Below are positions 13,195 to 25,977 of a stretch of DNA of 64,000 bases, piece by piece; the first letter of the stretch is position 1; each line of letters begins with the position of its first letter. Under the pieces are notes generated by a model. The model had not been told where the DNA came from. It saw nothing but the letters and a program-made list of their open reading frames with translations, and made no database searches. A program made the position numbers and the translations under genes. Origin of the DNA: Octopus sinensis (lineage: Eukaryota); the NCBI RefSeq assembly GCF_006345805.1, contig NC_042998.1:52576001-52640000 (forward strand), in the 5' to 3' direction.

Positions 13195-13500
13195 ACCTTC
13201 ATGTGACAACAGATGTCTAACTAATGTTAGATGTTAGATGTTCTATGGTTAGATACCCATTCTAATGCCAGCCTCTTTACAGAGCATGCCGGGTGCTTTT
13301 ATCCAGCACTGGCACAGGTGCTTTCATGTGGCACTAGCATGGATGCTTTTTATATGGCATCAGCACCCACAATCCTACAAGATTTGGATTGCTTAGTTGA
13401 AGAGGGGTGTAAAGGATGTGCTTGTTTGCAAGGACAGTCATGATTTTACTTAGCTTTGACATGTCTTCTCAAGCAAACCAATGCAATGCTTGGATGCTGA
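13195..13500 (-). mobile_element. Family D variant, inverted relative to 10955-11330
   Basis: Both translate ..QDLDC.VEEGCKGCACLQGQ.. on opposite strands in the ORF track. Confidence 0.75.
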
Positions 13501-13674
13501 ATATGTGCATGCAGAAAGGTTTTGTCATGCTGCACACATTTTACACATGTTTGGCAGGAAACAGTTCTGTGTCAGAGAATTTGTTTTCAACTCACTGTGC
13601 CTCATCATTCATAGAACTGTCAGAACTATAATTTCTGCTGATTCTTGTCAGTGCTCAAAATTTTCCTCGGGAAC

Positions 13675-13944
13675 ATAGGCTCAGACATGGTTGTGTGGTA
13701 AGACATTTACTTGTCAACTACACAGTTCCAGGTTCAGTTATGACACATTAGGACCAGGCTGACCAAAGCTTTGTGCATAGACTTGGTAGATGGAAACTAA
13801 AAGACACACATTGTTTGAGTGCTTATATATATATATAAGCAGACACACATTGTGTGCGTATTTATATATATATATAAATGTATGTATGTGTGTGTGTGTA
13901 TGTGTTTTCCTTTTTTTGCAAAGTTTTGCAAACTGCTGCTTATT

Positions 13945-14008
<64 letters not shown>

Positions 14009-14110
14009 GCTTTTCCTCTACCATGTCCCTGTAACTTAGTAGTTTGGCAAACGGAGATGGATACAATAATTACCAGGCTTACAATGACTGAAAAAAGTAA
14101 AAGATAAAAG
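13675..14110 (+). mobile_element. Family B SINE with expanded internal (TA)n/(TG)n linker
   Basis: Head catggttgtgtggtaag..ggtagatggaaactaaaaga; tail gtccctgtaacttag..gactgaaa. Confidence 0.7.
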
Positions 14111-14239
14111 ATAAAAATATTTTCATTCTTCCCCACAACTAGTTTTCAAGAGAAAACTAACATGGAAATTCTACTGGTTGTCATTACCTATTTGGTAGAA
14201 GACAGAGTATCTGACAATATTCCAGATGCCAAGGCAGCA

Positions 14240-14445
14240 AGCTGGCAGAAACATTATCATGCTGGGTGAAATGCTTAGCGCTAGTTCGTCTGTCTTTACA
14301 TTCTGAGTTTAAATTCCACCAAGGTCAACTTTATTTCATCCTTTCAGGGTCAATAAATTAAGTACCAGTTGTATACTGGGGTCGATCTAATTGATTGGCC
14401 CCCTCCTCCAAAATTTTGGGCCTTGTGCCTAGAGTAGAAAAGAAT
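14240..14445 (+). mobile_element. Family A SINE
   Basis: ggcagcaagctggcagaaacattatcatgctgggtgaaatgcttagc..ttctgagtttaaattcc..ccttgtgcctagagtagaaaag. Confidence 0.85.
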
Positions 14446-14784
14446 ATTCAACATAATATTTTCTGATTTTGGTACAAGGCCAGGAATTTGTTGGGGAGGA
14501 AGAGTTGGTTACAATTGACTAAAGTTAACTCCATCAGAAATTCATTACAGAATCTAAATGAATATGATTAAAACTTACCAAAATTGTTACGCTTGGGGAT
14601 GGTCATATTTTACCAATTAAACACATGCGCCATATATTTGGTCTTCACTTCAGCTTTATTATCGTTACTTTAGTTTCTTTGCCTAAGCTCTTTTGTCACA
14701 CATCATGTGACCTCTTCAGCGATTCTATCCCACATGTTACCTTTTGTTCTACTTGAAGACCAAATATATAGTGCATGTTTTTGA

Positions 14785-14900
14785 TTGGCAACATCTGATC
14801 ATCCCCAAGTGTAACAATATCTGTTTCAACACATGATGATTGGCATCTGTAATCATCCCCAAGTGTAACAATATCTGTTTCAACACATGATGATTAGCAT
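14785..14900 (+). repeat. ~55-bp tandem duplication
   Basis: atcatccccaagtgtaacaatatctgtttcaacacatgatgatt occurs twice in succession. Confidence 0.9.
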
Positions 14901-15375
14901 CTGTGCTAGTGGAGTGCTAAGAGCACCATCCGCGTGTGATAATTGCCAGAGCAGCTAATTGGCTTCCATGCTGGTGGCATGTAAAAAGCACCATTCTTGC
15001 GTGATCGTTACCAGCGTTGCCTTACTGGCATTTGTGCTGGTGGCATGCGAAAAAAACATTTGAGTGAGGTCATTGCCAATGCTGCTGGACTGGCTCCTGT
15101 GCGGGTGGCACGTAAAAAACACCATTTGAGCCCATTTGAGCGTGGCCGTTGCCAGTACTGCCTGACTGGCCCCCATGCCGGTGGCACATGAAAGCACCCA
15201 CTACACTCTCAGAGTGGTTGGCATTAGAAAGGGCATCCAGCTGTAGAAACTCTGCTAGATCAGATTGGAGTCTGGTACAGCCATCTGGTTCGCCAGTCCT
15301 CAGTCAAATCGTCCAACCCATGCTAGCATGGAAAGTGAACATTAAATGATGATGATGATGATGATGATGATTTCA
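14895..15375 (+). mobile_element. Family D element
   Basis: Same 5' boundary and subfamily as 5995-6490; (GAT)n tail. Confidence 0.85.
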
Positions 15376-16079
15376 CATCAAGAATTTTGCAAAACAAATA
15401 ACATAAATGTCATAAAAATTGATCATAACATAAGTACATATCTCTGTATATGTTACTAGAATTCTAAACAACCTTTACGATCAATATAATACTGTAGAAA
15501 AGTTATAGTAATTCCAATTGCGTTATGTTTTAATAAAACATTTTTTTCCATTTCCAAGACCATTTTTGTTCAAAACCCACAGCTCACCAATTAGAGATTA
15601 CATTCTCTGTGATCATCTCATCTCCTACTTTTTTGGCTCCATCTTTGAACTTAAATTCACTTCATTGTCATTTTCACCTGCCTGTCTAACTTTTACTGTC
15701 GTGTCAGTATTGTTATAGAAATTACACTATAAAAAAGATTAGCAGGAAATATTATTCTGATATTGCAAAGAGAACAAATCAATGACCTTTTTACATTTTG
15801 CTGTTATTTTTATTATAAATGTTTAAAACTTCTTAAATATTTTATAGTTATTTCACGATCTATTTATTTCAGTCTTTGTTATGAATAATTGAAAATTTGT
15901 TCACTATTTTTGGCTTTTTATTAGATTACATTATTTCGTATGCTTTGACATTTCATTAAAAATTAGGAAAGAATGCATTGGTTAATATTGACCTATATTT
16001 CTAAAATGATGAGGTAAAGTAAATATTACATGACTTATGAAAAAATCCACTCAGAGATTAATCTTTCTTGTATTAATCC

Positions 16080-17289
16080 TTTCTACTAGAAGCACAAGGA
16101 TTCAAATTTGGAGAAAGGGATTAAGATGGTTACATCAACTCCAGTGTGTAACTGGTACTAACTTATTGCCTCTGAAAAGATAAAAGGCAAAACCAACCTC
16201 GGCAGAATTTGAACTTACAACATAATGTCAGATGAAATATTGCTGAGCAATTTGCCCGGCATGCTAATGCTTCTGCTAGCTCACCGCCTTTGGTTCTTGT
16301 AATAATGATATCTAGTTTAGGCTCAAGGCCAGTAATTTTGAGGGGGCAGAGGTAGTCAAAATCATTGGCTCTAGTACTTTAACTACTACTTTATCAACCC
16401 CACTGAGAGTTGAAAGGCCAAGGTGACTTTGGTGGGATTTATGCCCAAACTGTAAAGAGTTGGAATAATGCCACAAGGCATTTTGATATTCTAACAATGC
16501 AGCCAGCTTGCCATCCTAAATTGTTCTCTTATAATGGTTTCAAATTTTGGTACAAAGCCAGCAAGATTTTGGTAGCATAGGTTAGTCAATTACATATCTT
16601 CATACTTGACTGATACTTTATTTTATTGACCCTGAAAGAATGAAAAGGTAAGTTGATCATGTTGGAATTTGAAATCCAAATATAAAGAGCTGGAAGAAAT
16701 GTTGCTGAGTATTTTGTCCAATGCTGTAATGATTCTGGCAGTTCACTGCCCTAGTGGTTCTCCTGATAATAATAGTCCTTTCTACTATAGGTACAAAGCC
16801 TGAATTTTGGGGGATTTTATCGACCTCAGTGTTTCACTGGTACCGAATTTATCAACCCCAAAAGGATGAAAGACAAAGTCAACCTCAGCAGAATTTGAAC
16901 TCAGAACGCAGTGATGGGTGAAATACTGCTAAGCATTTCATCCAGTGTGCTAACGATTCTGCTAGCTTGCCACCTTCTAATAATAATAATAATAATAATA
17001 ATAATCCTTTCTACAATAGGCACAATGCCTGAAATTTTGGGGAAGGGGACTCGTCGGCTATATTGACCCTAGTGCTTAACTGGTTACTGACTCTGAAAGG
17101 ATGAAAGGCAAGGTAGACCTCAAACGAATTTCAAAAATAATAATAACAATAATAGTGACTTCAAATTTTGGCACAAAGCCAGCGATTTTGGGGAAGGGTG
17201 TAAGTCAGTTAGACTAACACTAGTGTTTGACTGGTACTTATCTCATCAACCCAAAAAGGATGAAAGGCAAAGTTGACCACAGCAGAATT

Positions 17290-17334
<45 letters not shown>

Positions 17335-18375
17335 TTGAAAGACATCATATTGAAAGACTTCAGACAAAGAACATGCCTCCTCATTGATATGACTGTCCCA
17401 ATCGATATAAACGTATCTGTCAAGACCTACCAAAAACTGAGCAAATATAAAGATCTTGAAATAGAAATCAGCAAAATGTGGAAGCTGAAGACTAAAACAA
17501 TACCTGTTGTCATAGGTGCCCTGGGAATGATAGCGAAAGGGACTGATTGCTACCTAACTCAGATACCAGGAAACCCCAAAATGGCAGGAATTCAAAAGAT
17601 AGTGCTCATGGGAACTGCTCATATCCTACGCAAAATACTCTCTATGTAATCCCAAGGTTTAAAACAAACTTTTTTTTGTATTTTTATTTCTTTTTTTATT
17701 TTATTTTATTTTTTTAATTTTATATATTTTTTTTTTATGTATTAGACATTCACTAGTACAACACCAAAAAAAAACCAAAAAGAAACCCCCCAAATATATG
17801 GCACAGAACTTCCAACCTGTTGTCTCTTGAGGTCTCTGGGTGAGACTTGGAGCCAACTTGTACAGACATAAAGCAAAAGTCAAACATAGAATAATAATAA
17901 TAATAGTAATAATAATAATAGTTATAATAAAAATAATAATAATAGTAATAATAATAATAATAGCAATAATAATAGCAATAATAATAATGATGATAATAAT
18001 AATAATAATAATTATGGTTTCAAATTTTGGCACAAGGCCAGCACTTTTTGAGTGGGGTGGTAAGTTGATTACATCAACATCATTGTGTAATTGGTTCTTT
18101 TTTCTTATTGATGCCAAAAAGATATAAGGTAGAACTTGATTGAATTTGATTAATAATAATAATGGTTTCAAATTTTGGCACAAAGCCAGTAATTTTGGGG
18201 GAGGGAGTAAGTCAGTTACATTGACCTTAGTGTTCAGCTGGTACTTATTTTATTGACCCTGAAAAGATGAAAGGCAAAGTTGACCTCAGTGAAATTTGAA
18301 ATCAGAGTGTAAAGATGAACAAAATGTTGCTAAGCACTTTGCCCAGCATACTAATGATTCTGCCATCTCATTACC
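16080..18375 (-). mobile_element. Chain of about eight same-orientation family A SINE copies with (TAA)n spacers, interrupted by a Dong-like LINE
   Basis: gcacaa(a/g)gcc..ggatgaaaggcaaag blocks recur near 16090, 16320, 16550, 16790, 17020, 17170, 18030 and 18180. Confidence 0.8.
17334..17889 (+). mobile_element. 5'-truncated R4/Dong-clade non-LTR retrotransposon (REL endonuclease C-terminus and 3' UTR) in (TAA)n
   Basis: ORF 17335-17649 ..LLIDMTVPIDINVSVKTYQKLSKYKDLEIEISKMWKLKTKTIPVVIGALG..GTAHILRKILSM* is the R4/Dong restriction-like endonuclease pattern. Flanked by (AAT)n on both sides. Confidence 0.9.
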
Positions 18376-18394
18376 TCAACTAATGATAATAATA

Positions 18395-18820
18395 CCAGGC
18401 AGTGGCCCTCATAGCTTCTGATATTAACTGTTTGGAAGTGTTATGTACTTGTTTTGTCTTGATATAAAAGATGGGCTATTGTGTGGGAACATCATAGCCA
18501 TATGTTGAGAGGAATTCTTTAAGACTTGAATAATTCACCTTTAGAAACATAGGTGTTTTGTTCATCATCCTTAAACAAACCTTATTCAGAGACCCTCCGA
18601 GTGGGATGGACTACTTGGCCTGGAAAGAATTATAACTGGGCTCCACCTGCAAGGTCATGTGCTGCTTATCTTGATATAAGGTCACTATGTTGCACACATA
18701 TGGTTGTGATGCATGTGCCTAGTGTACCCTTATCAGACAGGTAGTCATGATGGCTATATTTGATTTTGTATATCTGTACCCCAATGCCACTTTGATGGCA
18801 CGCACTGCTCTCTCACTCAA
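18395..18820 (+). mobile_element. Unclassified interspersed repeat ending in (AAT)n (family F)
   Basis: Shares catcatagcca..tgttgagag..attcttt..ttgaataa with a reverse copy at 44500-44740. Confidence 0.55.
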
Positions 18821-18842
18821 TAATAATAATAATAATAATAAT

Positions 18843-19325
18843 ACAGACAAAGAACATGCCTCCTCATTGATATGACTGTCCCAATTGATATAAATGTATC
18901 TGTCAAGACCTACCAGAAACTGAGCAAATATAAAGATCTGGAAATAGAAATCAGCAAAATGTGGAACCTGAAGACTAAAACAATACCTGTTGTCAGAGGT
19001 GCCCTGGGAATGATAGCAAAAGGGGCTGATTGCTACCTAACTCAGATACCAGGAAACCCCAAAATGGCAGAAATTCAAAAGATAGTGCTCATGGGAACTG
19101 CTCATATCTTACGCAAAAATACTTTCTATGTAATCTCAAGTTTTAAAACAAACATAATTTTCAGATGGCTTTTTAGGCATTCACTAGTACAACACTAGGT
19201 ACAAAACCAAATATATGGCACTCTAGGCATAACACCAACATGAACTTCTAACTTGTTGTCTCTTGAGGTCTCTGGGTGAGACTTGGAGCTAGCTTGTGCA
19301 AATGTAAAACAAAAGTCAGACATAG
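18843..19325 (+). mobile_element. Second 5'-truncated R4/Dong-clade LINE in (TAA)n
   Basis: MTVPIDINVSVKTYQKLSKYKDLEIEISKMWNLKTK.. with a +1 A frameshift near 19113. Ends at the same ..catag as the first copy, then (AAT)n/(TAG)n. Confidence 0.9.
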
Positions 19326-19350
19326 AATAATAATAATAATAATAATAGTA

Positions 19351-19407
<57 letters not shown>

Positions 19408-20139
19408 ATAATAACCATGCATGGGTGAATGTTTTTGCCAATCTATAAACTATTTATCTTCAAATTTTTTTTTGCTTGTTCTCATTTATCGTTGAATCAG
19501 AAATGTACTCATATTGTTTTATTTTATTTTACATTCATACACTTAGCTCTGGTATTTCATACATTAATTTGCACCATATTTTTTTATACATTACATTATC
19601 AGTTTACTTTCTGTCACACTCAAAATTTATATTCTTAAAGCTGTCATACTTTGCTTCTTGCTTTATTATTTTATTTTATAAAGTTGAATACGTGCTCATG
19701 AATCCGACAATTTATCTATAAAATGTTATCTTGTGTAATATATTTTTTTTCCTTTTATTTCCACTTTTATTCCACTTTATTTCCATTTTATTCGTTCATG
19801 ACATTCAGGTATGTTTACTCTAATTTAGTAGTGTATTCTTAAATGTGTATATTCATGTGTTTGTGCAAATATCTGCACACAAACACAGATATATTTAGCA
19901 TCATACATATGAATAAACACATATTATATATATATATAAGTTTGTATGTCTTATACATATAAACGTGGGTATGTGTGAGTATAATGCACATAGAAATACA
20001 TACATATTCATAAATATATGTATGGGAATAAGAAATTTCAGTAGTACAATTTGTTGTATTAGATAATCATTTTTCATATTGTCTGTTTCTGGTTCATGTT
20101 AATAATATACTTTATGTCAAACTCAACATTATTCATATA

Positions 20140-20325
20140 CTGGCTGTAAAGTGGTTGGTTGGCATTAGGAAGGGCATCCAGCCATAAAAACCACACCAGA
20201 GAAGACACTGGAGCTCACTGTAGTCCTTGGACACAGCCAATCCTGTGAAACTGTCCAACCCATGCCAGCATGGAACATGGACGTTATATGATGATGCTGA
20301 TAACGATGATGATGATGATGATTTA
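20140..20325 (+). mobile_element. 5'-truncated family D tail
   Basis: ggttggcattaggaagggcatccagcc..ccaacccatgccagcatgg..(GAT)n. Confidence 0.8.
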
Positions 20326-21399
20326 TAACATTTCAAAAACCATGTGTTAAGTGTTAGGCTTAGGTTTTAGATGATATACTCAGCAAGATTTTAAAGTCAT
20401 ATAAGATGATCCACATTTTTTAGCAGCTCCTCCTCTTTTATTTTTATTTTGGTAGTTAAATATCCAACTGAACTACTTAATCAGAAAATAAGAAACCAAA
20501 TATTTCTCCTTCTCTCTTTCTTTCTATCAGTATAAGTTGGAATATTACATGGCATAAAGTAAAATCTAAATACTATCAGAGGAGCCCCATTGTGGGAAGA
20601 ACAAAAATGTGCAGTTCAGTATTTGAACACAAGACTTCAACTGAATTAAAATTAGTTGTTTCATTTATTCATTTTTTTAATTAAGGATCTATTTATAAAA
20701 CTGAACATAATAATTGAATTTACAATACATCATATATGCAATGGAACACAAATAGAATATTAGTGTACTTACTATCACTGATGGAAGAAGATGTATGTAC
20801 TGGGATATTTTTTTCATTGATACATTCAAGGATTCATACACATATATACAAATGTAAAAAGAAAATCTAAGCATAATGCATATGCATTTGTATATAAATC
20901 TTTTTGTTTGATCAGAAAACCTTTCATATGCATTTCTTGATTTTAAAAAATAACAATAATAATAATGATAATAAATAAAACCAGCAACACACAAACTCTA
21001 GAGAACAAATGTACAAAAATATGTTGACTTTGTGCACAAAACTGCATGAAAGTATTTCAGAAAATGGTCTAACATGTAAATAACCATCTATATTTAGGAA
21101 ATTGATTGAGAGGAACCACAAATTAAATGTAAAAACAAAAACAAAAAATAATTATAAACTAAACCATTTAACACACATCAATATAGTATGCATGCTTTTT
21201 TTAATCATGACATATTTATTTTAATTACAGTCATTAAAAATAGGGTAGATTGAGGCAAATTATGATGGGCTTTTTTTGTGAGGTTTAGATTTGGAATGAT
21301 TTATAAATCTATTTTTCTTATATGTATTTACGTACATACAATAATGTGTGCATGCATGTTTAACCGTGTATGGTCTTGCATGAAATGTTTTATTTTTTA

Positions 21400-22220
21400 A
21401 TTCCTTGTGTACTTTTTGGTGAATGAGGGAGTTTGATGCTGCTGCCCTCATCTGTGCTTTTTGCTGTAAGTAGGCTCAGCTGGAACCCTTAACAAGAGGT
21501 GATCCGGTTTTGTTTCAAAGACACCTACATCTACACCATTGCAGGTCTCAGGCATTTTGGTAGGATATTCAAGAGGTGTGGGCCCTTGAAACCCAAGTTG
21601 TTGCAGTATCTGGTCCTGTACTTTGATGGTGATGCTGGGATCTTTGGTACTATGTGGTAGCACCCCATTCTGCTGTTTGTGTAACTTTCAATGCCAAAGT
21701 TTAGTACAAAGTCTTCCAGGATTTTCCAGATGTATTTCACAGCATATCTTTCCTGCCTTCATTCAAGAGAGAAGAATTTTAACTCTTTCAGTCTTCCCCA
21801 GTAGCTAATATGTTGCATTGAGATGAATTGTTTTGTGTAGCTTCGTTTGATTGCTTTGAGTTTCACTGTTAATTTTATATACCATTGTTGGGAGTAGTAG
21901 TCCAAGCAGCAGAGGACTGTTATTGTTTCCTTTTCTCTTGTCTTGAAAGTTTGGAGAATCCGTCCAGCTAGCCACCTGCATTTTATTACCAATATATATA
22001 TCTCCTTCTCCTTTTTTGAGATCATCGACAGTTTGTTGCTGGAAAAAGCATATAGTATTTTGCAAGTGGAATGAGTTTTCATCACTAGCTGGTGATTATC
22101 AATCACTGAAGATGGGTAACTACTCAGAAACCCAGGTCTGTGTGTATCACATAAGGCTAGAGATGGGAGTGATGACTTCCCCTCGCAAATACTAATTGGA
22201 CAAAGACAGTGTGTCATTAG
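21400..22220 (-). mobile_element. Decayed CR1/Jockey-type LINE, C-terminal RT and downstream region
   Basis: Minus-strand frames give AIKRSYTKQFISMQHISYWGRLKELKFFSLE, KYIWKILEDFVLNFGIESYTN..SLGFKGP-like and GVDVGVFETKPDHLL. These match the CR1-type LSY.ERL..L.L.SLE.RR motif. Confidence 0.8.
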
Positions 22221-22513
22221 CCAGCTGGAAGAGATGTCCTCCTGGGGCTAAAAACAACAGTAATATCGTCCTCTATGGGACTGCCACATTTAGTTGGTAA
22301 ATATATTTTACGATGTGTGTATATATATATATACATACACACATACATATATATAAATACATATATTTACATTTACACACACATATATAACCACTTATAC
22401 ACACATAAGTTTTTGAAAAATAATAATTTTTACTAGTCTCAGTCATCTTCCTGTAGTCATATCATTGTACCACCAACAATAAATATATATATATCTTTAT
22501 CTATCTGTATGTA

Positions 22514-22566
<53 letters not shown>

Positions 22567-22898
22567 GTAAACAAAATGCTATTTGACATATATCTACAGA
22601 TAAACATTAAGCAACATCAGTTAGTTTTCACACTAGACTGATTGTGTGTGAATGTGTGTTTGTGTCAATGTGTAAGTGTACATGTGTGTATATTGGTTTG
22701 TATGTGCAGGTAATGCCTTGTAGAATATAGATTTGATTTAAATGTCATTGTTTCACCTTTAAAATGACAGACTATTTCATGTGTAATTCTGAGCTCTTGT
22801 GTTCCAGTTAGCTTAGAGAATGTTGTCTGAGATTGGTTTACCTTTCTTGAAAGTAGTTTTACAAGAATACATCGACAGGCAACAGTTTAGTAGAGTCG

Positions 22899-23534
22899 TA
22901 AAATTGTTGGGTTGAATGTTTTGTAATATTTGTTCCAAGTCTCTGTGGTATGAGTTCATATCCTGCTAAGGTCATCTTGGCTCTTCGTCCTTCTGCAGTT
23001 TATAAAAAGAAAGTATGAATCCAGGACAGCTGTGGATTTGCAGAACTGTAGGAATATCAGTCTGTATGCCTTGTAATCTTTGTTCTGACTCTTTCAGTTC
23101 AGAGTTCTAATATCACTATTGTCTACTTGGTTGGTAGACAGATTCTGTTGCCTGGCTTCACACAAACACGTAGTGCCTTGGATGCCTCTAACAACATTTC
23201 ACTTAGTTACAAGCATTAAATTGTTGGGGTTGTATGTCTTGCTGTATTAGTTCTGGCTCTCTGTTGTATGAGTTCAAATCCTGCTGAGATCATCTTGGCC
23301 CTTCATTCTTCTGTGGCAGATAAAAAACAAAATACCAGTCCAAGCTAGCAGTGGGTTTGCAGAACTGTGAAAACATCAGTCTGCATGTCTTGCAATCTTT
23401 GTTCTGACTCTTTCAGTTCAGAATTCAAATACCACTTTGACCTACTCGGGTGGTAGACCGATTCTATTGCCTGGTTTAACAAAACCTCTCAGTACCTTGT
23501 GTGCCTCTAACAAAATTCACTTTCTTACAAGCAT
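22899..23534 (+). repeat. Diverged tandem duplication, 2 x ~318 bp
   Basis: Units start at 22899 and 23217, both contain gcagaactgt..aatctttgttctgactctttcagttcaga, and both end ttacaagcat. Confidence 0.85.
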
Positions 23535-23856
23535 TTGGGTCTGGTCACCAGTTTTGGAAACTGTAAAAAGCAATAGGCACTGACTTTACTTTTCACTAAA
23601 AGACTGAAACAAAAGATATTGTCAGGGTATCAAATGTAAGCTTTTAAGGATCCATTTTTCTGTTTTTTCTCTGAGCCATAGCGAGAATATTGATTAGTGT
23701 CAACTTTGATGATAAGCTTATATGTGTAATTGAAAGTAGTAGAAAGAAATTGTCATGCAAATATTGGCAAAATCTTTTAATTCTTTAAGATGGAAAAGAC
23801 CAGGACTGAAAAAATGCAAATCAGTTTTAAATTACTTTGTTTCAATATTTGTTTCT

Positions 23857-24067
23857 CCATTTAGCATTTAGTCTGGCCATACCTGGCCCAAATGTACTAG
23901 CCATTTTATATTCAAACTTGCCAAGTCTGACCTCTTCTACATGTCCTACAATATCATTAAAAAAATAAGCAATCACATCATCAAAATCTTGAAGCTACAA
24001 GATAATTAATTCAAAACAGTGTGAATAAATAAGCATTACATTTTATGATAAACTGAATACTAAAGGG
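23857..24067 (+). mobile_element. piggyBac-like MITE (family E)
   Basis: Internal identity with 44092-44311; right end ctaaagggtt. Confidence 0.7.
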
Positions 24068-24416
24068 TTATGTATGAAAACAGTTCTTTTAGAGTATCTT
24101 ATGTAAATGACACCATAACAACAATATTTAAGCTTATAGTTTATGCAGCTAGAACTCTCCAAATGTCATCCTTTGCAATCAGCGTTTTGACTTATGGTTC
24201 TCAAACCTCCTTTACTGCAGTGCATTTAAGAACCCATAAAAATATTTTGATGTACTTTGTTCATAAAATCAATAAATGTATTCAGAAAAAAATTACATAG
24301 TTTAACCTATAAGCATAATTTCAATTGGCAGTATGATAACAAATATTCTCCCCAACCACTTGATTTTAGGTCCCAGAAACTGAAAGAAGCAGATTGTGTG
24401 TGTACATGTATTTATG

Positions 24417-24460
<44 letters not shown>

Positions 24461-24981
24461 AATATAATAAGATAAGAAAATAAAGAGATAATTAATAAAT
24501 TATCATTTATTAATTAAAAAATTAAAGAAACCATCTTTTACACCTTTTTTAATTAATAAATAATAATTTTTTAATCAATAAATAATAATTTATTAATCAT
24601 CTCTATTTTCTTATTATAATAAATAAATATATATAAACTATGGTTTAAATAGTTACCTTACAGTTGAATATTAACTGTAACTGCCTTCAAAGACTCATGT
24701 TGTTCAATGCTCAAAATGAAGAGCAGTTGGACAGCTGACAACTGATGAAGGATCATTCTTTATGTTACTTGTCCTGTTTTCCATTTGTTTCTCTCATTGT
24801 TTATGTATTCAACTCTTGTTTTCGTATTTCATGTTGTTTATGATTTGTGATGTCCTGTACCCATATATGCATACATGTGTGTGTATGTATGTACATATAC
24901 ATATATATATGCATATATATATATATTATTTATATTATCATTTGATTGAACGCCATGCATCTATTTCCAAGTAAGTTTATG

Positions 24982-25056
<75 letters not shown>

Positions 25057-25784
25057 CATGCACTCATATATGGATGTGTGAATACATATATCCATAGTGT
25101 GTATGTACATATGTAATGTATATATATATATATATATATATATATGGATGTATGTATACATGTATCACTGCATTAGTATGTATATGGATCTATATGTGAA
25201 CGGCCATGTATGTGTATATTTAGGCCAATTTCTAAAGGTCAGCTAATGACAATCCCATGTGTAACCTACCATGTAGAACAAATCCAGCAATACAAAGAAA
25301 TGAAATGCCAATCTCTTTAAAACAGCAACCACTTTAACAGTAGCAGAATCATCCCACTACATCTACAACATTCCTTCAGCAACAACACACATTGATAAAC
25401 TCAGTAACTACTACTAAATTCAAGCCACAACTTCTTGAAGCCAAGAAATTGAACTTATGGAGACAATATTTATATATTGCTTGAGATAACACAACTAGAT
25501 CTCATAATGCAAGGAAACAGTTGCATAATCAAGTACCTGTACACCTGGAGAATTACGTTGCAGAGAAACAATAGCAGTGATTGAAAAATAAATGTCCAAC
25601 TGTTGATTCCAAATTTTTTCCATGATTTAGTCACACATGACCAATGCCCAAATGAAAACCTGGAAGTATGTATAATTCTACAACTGGATAGCACAGGGTG
25701 AAATCTGAAGGTGAATGAGCTTTAGACTGTACTCTACTACATTCTAAACAGAATATACTATAACTATATATATATATATATATA

Positions 25785-25932
25785 GGGAAAGTTTACGAAA
25801 AAACAAAAGACAAAGACAGGCGGTGTACAAAACAAATAGTTGTATTAGTATAACGCTCAGGAATAGAAAAAGTCTTTTACATTTCGAGCCTATGCTCTTC
25901 TACAGAAAGATACACAGAAAAAACAAGGAGAG

Positions 25933-25935
<3 letters not shown>
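25785..25935 (-). mobile_element. Short repeat (family H) with hammerhead-like motif, next to (TA)n; probably Penelope-derived
   Basis: Near-identical to 52483-52640; motif at 25873-25910 (see findings). Confidence 0.65.

Positions 25936-25977
<42 letters not shown>

Noticed and set aside
15588-15726. 139-nt minus-strand segment with good acceptor and donor
   Set aside because: Stops in all three frames; it could only be a non-coding exon, which cannot be supported from sequence alone.
25300-25740. Possible LINE-derived coding remnant
   Set aside because: Coding-like composition, but no motif I could identify with confidence.
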